The notes beneath the pieces were generated by a model. That model was given only the letters and a program-made list of their open reading frames with translations. It ran no database searches and was not told the origin of the DNA. From Myxococcota bacterium (GTDB taxonomy: Bacteria > Myxococcota_A > UBA9042 > PHBI01 > JAWLBL01), in the NCBI GenBank assembly GCA_041687695.1, contig JAWLBL010000017.1:96001-160000 (forward strand): 64,000 bases of DNA, in the 5' to 3' direction. A program made the position numbers and the translations under genes. Within the stretch, counting starts at the first letter, position 1; each line of letters opens with the position of its first letter. Shown here one piece after another: positions 57,091 to 64,000 of the stretch.

Positions 57091-57708
57091 ATGAGCTTCG
57101 ACGTAGCGAGCCTTGTGGGGACGTGGCTGGTCGGATCACCGGGGCAGCCCCCGCGCTGGGTGGCCCGGGTGACCGCCGACGGCGTGCAGGCGGAGCGGCT
57201 CGAGGGCGGGCGCCCCCAGCGCCTGGGGTTCGAGATCGTCACCGCCGCCCCAGGTCAGCTGGGCGTCCTCGCGATCTCGGGGCAGGCCTCGCTGCCCGCC
57301 CGCGTCGTGCTGATCGGCGATGGGCCGCGCGCCGCCTGGTTGGCCGTGGACGGCCGCCGCGACCTCGCCGAAGCGCGTCGGGCCGGGGCCGTGCCGGAGG
57401 CGCTCCGGGGGCGCTGGACGATGCGCCGCTTCGACCACGAGGACGCCCGTGACGAGGTCGAGCTGACCGGGGACACGATCGCGTTCGTCCGCGGCGACGA
57501 GCGCGACGAACACCCGGTCCATGCGATCTCCGACGGCGAGGGCGTCTGCGACCTCGTCGCGGCGCGCGCCGGGCGCGACCCCGTCGCGCTGCGGCTCGTG
57601 GCGGCGAGCGACGGGCGGTGGTGGGCCGTCGAGGGCGATGGCGCCCGCGGCTACGAATTCGCGCCGGTCGCCGAGCCCGTGGTGCCCGCGCAGCAGGAGC
57701 GGCCGTGA
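57091..57708 (+). CDS. Hypothetical protein with two L.G.W beta-rich units
   Basis: GGAGG RBS; SLVGTW and ALRGRW repeats; coupled to the kinase-like gene. Confidence 0.6.
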   Translation: MSFDVASLVGTWLVGSPGQPPRWVARVTADGVQAERLEGGRPQRLGFEIVTAAPGQLGVLAISGQASLPARVVLIGDGPRAAWLAVDGRRDLAEARRAGAVPEALRGRWTMRRFDHEDARDEVELTGDTIAFVRGDERDEHPVHAISDGEGVCDLVAARAGRDPVALRLVAASDGRWWAVEGDGARGYEFAPVAEPVVPAQQERP

Positions 57709-58805
57709 TCACGATCCCCGGCTTCGACGTCGACCCGCAGCCGGCCTTCCGCGGCCAGCACTCCGTGACCTACCGCGCGCGGCTCCGCACGCCGGTCGGC
57801 AACGCCTTCCATCAACCGCGCGCCATCAAGGTGCTCGAGGCCAACGCCGCCGAGTCGCACCTGCTCGAGGGCGCCTTCAAGAACGCCGCGCGCGCCATCG
57901 CCCGCCTCGGCAACACCTTCGGCGTGCCGGTCATCTGGGACGCCCTGCGCGTCGAGGACGGCCGCCTCGCGCTCGTCACCACCTGGGTGGACGGCGTCGG
58001 GCTGGGCCGAGCGCTGCGCGACCGGTTCCCCGACGGCGACGCCCCGGCCTGGTTCGGCCTCGGCGTCGGCTTCGAGCTGGCGCGGCTGCTCGAGCACGCG
58101 GCCGCGCGCGGCGTCGTCCACGGCGACGTCCGGCCGCGGCACGTCCTCGTCAGCGAGGCGGGGGTGTGGCTCGCGGACTGGGCGATCGACCTCGAGCTCG
58201 ATCGCCTCGGGACCTTCGCCACGGGGCGCCTCAGCCCCGGTCTGCTCTACCGGGCGCCCGAGCGGCGGCTCGACCGCGACGTCTCGCCGGCCGCCGACGT
58301 CTACAGCCTGGCCGCCGTGGTCTATCGCCTGTTGACCGGCCGCCTCCCGTTCACGGTCGACACCGGCCACCTGTGGGAGGTCACGCCCGGGCGCCTGCCG
58401 GCCGAGCTGCTCGGCGAGGTCGACACGCTGGTCCGCCGCGCCCTGCTGGAGGTCCCCGCCCGCCGTCCGCGCGCTGCCGAGCTGCGCGCCGCCCTGCAGA
58501 CCGCGATCTTCCGCCTCGAGCCCGGCTACGACGCCTCCCTGCTCGCCCGGGCGTGCCACGTGGGCGCGCCCAGCGAGACGCCCGAGCGCGAGCGTACGCG
58601 GGTCCTCGAGGCGGTCGCCCCGCCGCTCGAGGCCACGCGCGTCCTGCCGTCGGTCGCCGACGCGACGCCGCTCCCCGCCGCCCCGCCGCGCCTGCAGCCC
58701 CTCGAGGCGCCGTCGGACCTCGAGGGGCCGGACCTCGCGCAGCGCCTCGGGCGCATCGAGGCGCTCCTGCAGCGTCTGGTCGAGGCGGACACGCGGTCGC
58801 GCTGA
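57705..58805 (+). CDS. Ser/Thr protein kinase-like protein, probable pseudokinase
   Basis: AIKVL; HGDVRPRHVL in place of HRDxKPxN; DWA in place of DFG; YRAPE; ADVYSL; GRLPF. Confidence 0.8.
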   Translation: MITIPGFDVDPQPAFRGQHSVTYRARLRTPVGNAFHQPRAIKVLEANAAESHLLEGAFKNAARAIARLGNTFGVPVIWDALRVEDGRLALVTTWVDGVGLGRALRDRFPDGDAPAWFGLGVGFELARLLEHAAARGVVHGDVRPRHVLVSEAGVWLADWAIDLELDRLGTFATGRLSPGLLYRAPERRLDRDVSPAADVYSLAAVVYRLLTGRLPFTVDTGHLWEVTPGRLPAELLGEVDTLVRRALLEVPARRPRAAELRAALQTAIFRLEPGYDASLLARACHVGAPSETPERERTRVLEAVAPPLEATRVLPSVADATPLPAAPPRLQPLEAPSDLEGPDLAQRLGRIEALLQRLVEADTRSR

Positions 58806-58871
58806 CCACCCGGCCGCGTCGACGCCCGGTTTCTGGGCGTTCTCGGCCGGCTCGGGTAGGCTCGCGCGCCT

Positions 58872-59276
58872 ATGGTGTCCATGATTTCGCACAGTTCGCC
58901 AGTTCGGCCCATCTTGCTCGTCGAGGACGACAACGACATCGCGCAGACCGTGCGCGAGGTGCTCGAGGACGAGGGATACCGGGTCGTGCGCGCCCGCAAC
59001 GGCGCCGACGCCCTGCAGCTGCTCCGCCGGGGGCCGGGCTGGTCCGTCATCCTCCTCGATCTGATGATGCCCGTGATGGACGGGTGGGACTTCCGGGCCC
59101 GCCAGCTGGCCGCGGGCCTGCACACGCGCGTCCCGCTGGTCGTCCTGTCTGGAGCCGGGCAGCTCGCCCGGCGCACCGAGGGCCTGCGCGCCCACGCCGT
59201 GATGGACAAGCCCTTCCAGCTGCTCGCGCTCATCGACGTCGTCGAGCGGCTCACGCGAGTCGAAGCGGCGGTGTAA
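58872..59276 (+). CDS. Single-domain response regulator (CheY-like)
   Basis: ILLVEDD, LLDLMMPVMDG, VVLS, KPF. Confidence 0.93.
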   Translation: MVSMISHSSPVRPILLVEDDNDIAQTVREVLEDEGYRVVRARNGADALQLLRRGPGWSVILLDLMMPVMDGWDFRARQLAAGLHTRVPLVVLSGAGQLARRTEGLRAHAVMDKPFQLLALIDVVERLTRVEAAV

Positions 59277-59298
59277 CGTTTCGGCGGCCTCGCGCGTG
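59272..59298 (+). promoter_or_regulatory. Candidate ECF41-type promoter upstream of the CMD gene
   Basis: TGTAACG-16 nt-CGTG, a partial match to the reported ECF41 consensus TGTCACA-n16-CGTC. Confidence 0.35.
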
Positions 59299-59354
59299 AA
59301 CGGTCGACGCCCCCCGAGCCCGGGGGGCGCGATCCACGTCCGAAGGAGCCTCCG

Positions 59355-59933
59355 ATGCGCCTGAACCCCCTCGATCGTCCCCGCTCGCTGCTGGTCCGCC
59401 TCGGCTTCGCCGCCTCGCGTCGCCGCTATGGGCAGGTCCTGCCGCCCCTGTCGGTGCTGTACGCGCGCCTGCCGCGCCTGCTCCGGCCGCAGCTCGGCCT
59501 GCTGCGCCTCGCCGGGGCGGGGCTGACCCTCGATCGGCGCCTGGCCCGCCTCCTCGAGATCCACGTCTCGCAGCTCAACGGCTGCTCGTTCTGCGGCGAT
59601 CTCCACCGGTTCGAGGCGCGCCGCGACGGCGTCACGGCCGAGCTGCTGGCCGAGCTGCCCCGTCACGACGTCAGCGACCGCTTCCCGCCCTCCGAGCGGG
59701 CCGCGCTCGCCTTCGCCGAGGCCCTGGTGCGTGATCGGCGGGCCGACGACGCCCTCTGGGACGCGGTCCGCGCGCACCACGACGACCGGGCCGTGGCCGA
59801 GATCGTCTGGCTCGTGGCCTTCGTCGGCTACCTCAACCACCTGGCGACCGCGCTCGAGCTGCCCTCGGCCGGCCTGTGCGCCTTGCCCTCCGCCGCGTCG
59901 CCGCCCGACGCGCTCGTGCGGGGACGCGCATGA
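59355..59933 (+). CDS. Carboxymuconolactone decarboxylase/AhpD-like protein
   Basis: VSQLNGCSFC.DLH; ERAALAFAEA; AAGGAG RBS. Confidence 0.88.
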   Translation: MRLNPLDRPRSLLVRLGFAASRRRYGQVLPPLSVLYARLPRLLRPQLGLLRLAGAGLTLDRRLARLLEIHVSQLNGCSFCGDLHRFEARRDGVTAELLAELPRHDVSDRFPPSERAALAFAEALVRDRRADDALWDAVRAHHDDRAVAEIVWLVAFVGYLNHLATALELPSAGLCALPSAASPPDALVRGRA

Positions 59934-60862
59934 CGGCGCCGGCCGCGACCGCCAGCCTGGCGCGAGCCTTCGACGACCACCGCGGGCGCCTGTGGCGCCT
60001 GGCCTTTCGGTTGACCGGCTGCGCGGCCGACGCCGACGACGTGGTCCAGGAGACCTTCCGCCGCGCCCTCGAGTCGCCGCCGCCCGACCTCGCGCGTCCG
60101 CTCGCGCCATGGCTCCTGCGCGTGTCGACGCGGGTCGCCATCGACCACCTCCGACGCCGGCGCGAGGTGCCCTACGACGGCCCGTGGCTGCCCTCGCCGG
60201 TCGCCCTGGACCGCCTGGAACCCGAGCCCGACGACCCTGAGGTGCGTTACGGCCGGGCCGAGAGCCTGACCACCGCCTTCCTCCTGGCGCTCGAGGTGCT
60301 GACGCCGGCCCAGCGCGCCGCCCTGGTGCTTCGTGACGTCCTGGGGTGCTCGGGCCAAGAGGTCGCTCGAGCGCTCGGTGTCACGCCCGGGAACGCGCGC
60401 GTCCTGCTGCACCGCGCGCGCCAGCAGCTCGCGCCCTACGACGAGGCGCGCTGCGTCCCCGATCCCGAGCTGGTGCGCCGGCACGCGGACGCGCTGACCC
60501 GGTTCCTGGCGGCCGTGGCCTCGGGCGACGTCGCGGCCGTCATGCGCCTGCTGGCCCCCGACGCCGAGGCGCTGCAGGACGCGGCGGGCGAGCGAAAGGC
60601 CGCGCGGCGGTGCGTCTCGGGCGCGGCGCGCGTGGCCCGGCTCTACGTCGGTCTCGCGCGCAAGACACCGCCCCCGCTCTGGGCCGACCTGGTCATGTTG
60701 AGCGGCCTGCCCGCCGTCGTCGTGGTCCTGCCACCACGACCGCGTCGGATGCCCACACACCTGACCTTGGCGGTCGAGCTGGACGCCCTGGGGCGCATCC
60801 GCCGGGTGCTGAACGTCATGGCGACGCGCAAGCTGACGGCGGTGCCGCTGTCGCAGCGGTGA
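59930..60862 (+). CDS. ECF41/SigJ-like sigma factor with SnoaL-like C-terminal extension
   Basis: ADADDVVQE; Y.GPWLPSP; L..L.P.QRAALVLRDV; C-terminal extension with DAAG; downstream of a CMD gene as is typical for ECF41. Confidence 0.87.
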   Translation: MTAPAATASLARAFDDHRGRLWRLAFRLTGCAADADDVVQETFRRALESPPPDLARPLAPWLLRVSTRVAIDHLRRRREVPYDGPWLPSPVALDRLEPEPDDPEVRYGRAESLTTAFLLALEVLTPAQRAALVLRDVLGCSGQEVARALGVTPGNARVLLHRARQQLAPYDEARCVPDPELVRRHADALTRFLAAVASGDVAAVMRLLAPDAEALQDAAGERKAARRCVSGAARVARLYVGLARKTPPPLWADLVMLSGLPAVVVVLPPRPRRMPTHLTLAVELDALGRIRRVLNVMATRKLTAVPLSQR

Positions 60863-60903
60863 CCGCCGCGACGCCGGCCCCTGGCCGCCGAGGCCGCAAA
60901 CAC

Positions 60904-60949
60904 CGAAGGCCGCGACATCGGACCCGTGAGGGGGATGACGCGGCCTTCG
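60904..60949. terminator. Hairpin between the convergent sigma gene and tRNA
   Basis: CGAAGGCCGCG.CATC ... GATG.CGCGGCCTTCG inverted repeat. Confidence 0.6.
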
Positions 60950-60954
60950 AGGAC

Positions 60955-61031
<77 letters not shown>

Positions 61032-61086
61032 GTCGGCGTCGTGGGCGTGGGTGGGAACCCGGGGACCCCTGACGCGAGGTGCGCGG

Positions 61087-61115
61087 AAGGTAGCAGCGGC
61101 CCCGGGGGCAGGCAA
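61087..61115 (-). promoter_or_regulatory. Sigma70-like promoter for the tRNA
   Basis: Minus strand TTGCCT-17 nt-TACCTT with an upstream A-tract. Confidence 0.5.
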
Positions 61116-61143
61116 GCAGTTTTTTCGCGTCGCTCCAGCCGCC

Positions 61144-63441
61144 TCACGGCGCCGGAATGTCGTCCGCCTCGAGGTCGCGGATGAGCCGCATGAAGTAGGT
61201 CCGCTGGACCCCGAGCAGCTCGGCGGCGCGGGTGCGGTTGCCGCCGGTCGTGCTGAGGGCGTGACGCAGCAGCTGCTGGCGGAAGGAGCGGACGGCGTCG
61301 TGGTAGCCGAGGTCGAGCGACTCGGAGAGGCGGGTCGAGGCCTCGTCGGCCGTCGGCTCGAGGTGCTCGGGCACGATGGCGCCGCGCTCGCCGGCCCGCA
61401 CGATGGCCTGCGCCAGCAGCGTGCGCAGCTCGGCCACGTGACCCGACCAGACGCGGCGGGCCAGCACGGCGCGGGCGGCGGTGCCCACGTCCGCAGGCCG
61501 GCGGCCCAGCGCGACCACCAGCGCGTCGATGAGGTCCGGGAGATCCTCGAGCCGCTCGCCCAGGCCCGGGACGTCCACGCGTCCCGCGGCGAAGGCCGCG
61601 CGCAGGGCGTCGGCCACCGGGCCGCGCACGTCGCCGTCCAACGTCAAGACGACGCGCGCGCGCGCGCCGCCGGCCGACAGCCGCGCGATGAGCCACGAGG
61701 CCGCGTCGGGCGTCAGGTGCTCCGCGTGCGCGATGACCTGCAGGCCGACCAGCGCCGCCTCGGCCTCGAGGCGCAGCAGGGTCGAGGTCATGGTCTCGGC
61801 GGGCACCAGCGACATGTCGAGCACCGGGCAGCGGTCCGGGTCGACGCCCAGGTGGACGGCCAGCGCCCGCGCCAGGTGGCGTCGTCCCGCGCCGGACGGG
61901 CCGTCGAGCAGGACCGGGAGATCGGTCGGCGCGAGGAGCGCCAGGCGGTCGAGCACCTCGCGCAGCGCGGCCGAGTGCCCGGCCACCGCCGGGAAGCGGC
62001 CGCCCACCACCGCCGACGCGGCGCCGCGCCGGTTGCGCTCGAGGGCGCCCTCGGCCTCGCGGCGGCGCGCGTCCGCCACCTCGAGGGCGTCGCGCAGCCG
62101 CGCCTCGCGCGCCCGATCCTGGGCCGCCTTGCGCGCGGCGTCCGCCAGCCGCTGCACCTGCGTCACGTCCAGCGCGGCCGCGGCCGCGTCGGAGATCCCC
62201 TCGAGGCACATCACGCCGCCGCCCTTGAGCGGCAGCCTGACGCCCAGCTCGAGCCCGGTGTCCGCGACCAGGGAGGTCCCGGTGGCGGCGATGGTGCGTC
62301 CCTGGCCGTCGGTCCAGCGGCCGCCGGACGCGCCGACCTCCTCGGTGAGCGCCCGCAAGAGGGCGGCCTCGGGATCGTGGCGCTCGGAGACGACGCGCAG
62401 GGCGGCCTCCGTGAAGATGGCGGCCGCGCGCTGGGCCGGCCCCTCGGTGGCGGGCGTGGTCGCGCCGGTCGCGCGCGGGCCGGTGACCAGCGCCATCCGG
62501 TCCAGCCAGCCCGCGGTCGGCGTCGCGGCCCACGACTCCAGCACGGCGCGCCAGCTGTCCAGGCGGCCCGCGTCGCGGTAGACCACCGCCAGGTCGTGCA
62601 GGATGGCCGCCCGGGGCCACTCGGGCAGGGTCAGCGCGCCCAGCTGCCCCAGCGCCTCGTCGGCGGCCTCGAGCGCCAGCGTCTGCTGGCCGGTCAGCGA
62701 CAGCAGCAGAGCGTGGATCGCCGAGATGGCCGCGCCCGAGCCGGGGGCCGCACCCGGACGGCGCGAAAAGCGCGCCTGCTCGACGTGGGCCAGGGCCAGC
62801 TCCAGGTAGCGGCCGTCGCCCGACTCGACCCACAGCCGGCGCAGCAGCAGCGCCCTCAGCAAGGTCCACGCGAAGGCGCCCTCGGTGGCGACGCCCTCGA
62901 AGAGAAGGCGCGCGGCCTCGGTGCGGCCCTCCCACAGGGCGACCAGGCAGCGCAGGGCCGGCGCCGGCGGATGCAGGTCCGAGGCGCCCCCCGGCGCCTG
63001 CTCGCAGGCCTGCAGCGCCTGCTCGGCGGCGTCGGTCGCCCCCTCCCACAGCCGCAGCCGGGCCTGCGCGACGAGCGTGGCCCGCCGGTCACGGCCGCGC
63101 TGGGTCAGGCGCGCCTGCGCCCGCCGTGGCTCTCCCGCCATCAGCTCGACCGTCGCCAGGTCCGCGCGCACCGGGTCGGCCAGCGTCGCCTCGTCGCCGG
63201 TCAGCTCCAGCGCGTGGCCCAGGGCCTCTCGCGCGCGCTGCGGCTCGTCGCGAACGACCGCGGTCAGCCCGCGCTCCCACTGCACGGCCACGCGCAGCTC
63301 GCGGCGCACGGGACCTTGGCCGTACAGCGCTGCGGCGGCGTCCAGGGCGCTGGCGGCCTCGGCCGTGGCGCCGGTCATCCGGGCCGCGCGGGCCTCCTCG
63401 AGCAGGCGTTCGATGCGCGTGGACGGGCTCTCGCTCTTCAT
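61144..63441 (-). CDS. TPR-like + degenerate sigma54-activator AAA+ + Fis-type HTH regulator
   Basis: PVLLDGPSGAGRRHLARA; VPGL.ER.ED; W.GHV.EL; GNRTRAAELLG..RT; GGAG RBS. Confidence 0.8.
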   Translation of the reverse strand: MKSESPSTRIERLLEEARAARMTGATAEAASALDAAAALYGQGPVRRELRVAVQWERGLTAVVRDEPQRAREALGHALELTGDEATLADPVRADLATVELMAGEPRRAQARLTQRGRDRRATLVAQARLRLWEGATDAAEQALQACEQAPGGASDLHPPAPALRCLVALWEGRTEAARLLFEGVATEGAFAWTLLRALLLRRLWVESGDGRYLELALAHVEQARFSRRPGAAPGSGAAISAIHALLLSLTGQQTLALEAADEALGQLGALTLPEWPRAAILHDLAVVYRDAGRLDSWRAVLESWAATPTAGWLDRMALVTGPRATGATTPATEGPAQRAAAIFTEAALRVVSERHDPEAALLRALTEEVGASGGRWTDGQGRTIAATGTSLVADTGLELGVRLPLKGGGVMCLEGISDAAAAALDVTQVQRLADAARKAAQDRAREARLRDALEVADARRREAEGALERNRRGAASAVVGGRFPAVAGHSAALREVLDRLALLAPTDLPVLLDGPSGAGRRHLARALAVHLGVDPDRCPVLDMSLVPAETMTSTLLRLEAEAALVGLQVIAHAEHLTPDAASWLIARLSAGGARARVVLTLDGDVRGPVADALRAAFAAGRVDVPGLGERLEDLPDLIDALVVALGRRPADVGTAARAVLARRVWSGHVAELRTLLAQAIVRAGERGAIVPEHLEPTADEASTRLSESLDLGYHDAVRSFRQQLLRHALSTTGGNRTRAAELLGVQRTYFMRLIRDLEADDIPAP

Positions 63442-63568
63442 GGCTCCACTCCCCCCGACCGGTCCGCGGCGCGGTCGGCTGATGCGGCACGTCGCAGCCG
63501 GCGCGAGCGGCCCCGAAGGACGCACTCCGCCCGCCTCCCTCCCCGAAAGACGGCGGCTGCGGGGGCGC

Positions 63569-63596
63569 ATGGTAGAGGGGCCCGATCCCCTGTCAA
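63569..63596 (-). promoter_or_regulatory. Sigma70-like promoter for the regulator gene
   Basis: Minus strand TTGACA-16 nt-TACCAT. Confidence 0.55.
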
Positions 63597-63720
63597 AAAC
63601 TTCACACAGCTTTCGTGTACGCGATCGGACACGATCGGGATGGCGCGGCCGACGTGCGGGATCGCCCCCCGCCGTGGCGAAGCTGGCGCGGCCCGGGCTG
63701 GTGTGGTCTGCTGCGCGGCC

Positions 63721-64000
63721 ATGACGCCCGACGCCCCGCCGCCGTCACCACAGGACGACCCCGCTCGCGCCGCGCGCGCCTTGGACGCGCTGGGCCGCGA
63801 CGTCCAGGTGCTGTACGTGGACAACCACCTGCTCGCGGTCGCCAAGCCCGCGGGGCTGCTGACCCAGGCCGCCGAGGCGGGCGACGACAACCTGCTCGAC
63901 CGCGCGCGGGCGTATCTGAAGGTGGTCGGCGACAAGCCGGGCAACGTGTACGTCGGCCTGGTCCACCGGCTGGACCGGAACGTGTCGGGGGTCGTGCTGC
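63721..64000 (+). CDS. RluA-family pseudouridine synthase (3'-truncated by window edge)
   Basis: VLYVDNHLLAVAKPAGLLTQ...KPGNVYVGLVHRLDRNVSGVV. Confidence 0.9.
   Translation, partial: MTPDAPPPSPQDDPARAARALDALGRDVQVLYVDNHLLAVAKPAGLLTQAAEAGDDNLLDRARAYLKVVGDKPGNVYVGLVHRLDRNVSGVVL

Overview
Very GC-rich bacterial chromosome segment, probably Myxococcota. That assignment is an inference from GYF/AgmX-type, FHA, vWA-FHA and FG-GAP lipoprotein genes. (1) 1-14.4 kb is the right-hand part of an extracellular contractile injection system (eCIS)-like tail locus: sheath 3' end, gp19-type tube, a 1,656-aa low-complexity protein, a LysM tube-initiator, a hub-only gp27/late-control-D protein, gp25, a large baseplate J, a PASTA-gpI wedge fusion and a fibre/anchor protein with a probable sugar-binding jelly roll. 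No spike or PAAR gene lies at the usual place; a terminator, a sigma70-like promoter and a small zinc-ribbon gene sit there instead. An FHA gene and a membrane vWA-FHA gene follow. (2) 17-39 kb is housekeeping and envelope genes: a beta-barrel, PhaR-like, YqeY, fur, lysC, lipoproteins, a GltJ/AgmX-like protein, radC, a TatT-type TRAP transporter, a giant FG-GAP lipoprotein and RqcH/NFACT. Three of these genes carry recent duplications of their 3' ends. (3) 39-56 kb is an accessory energy module: Rieske, cytochrome b-c, a caa3-type oxidase with GHPDVY and no K-channel Lys, CtaG, cytochrome c, YtkA-like and di-haem peroxidase genes, converging on an ASRT/TPP-enzyme/enolase/FAD-FeS operon. (4) 56-64 kb is signalling genes (probable pseudokinase, response regulator, CMD/ECF41 pair, degenerate sigma54 activator), tRNA-Ala(CGC) and the start of an RluA gene. 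All calls come from motif recognition by eye; no database searches were run.
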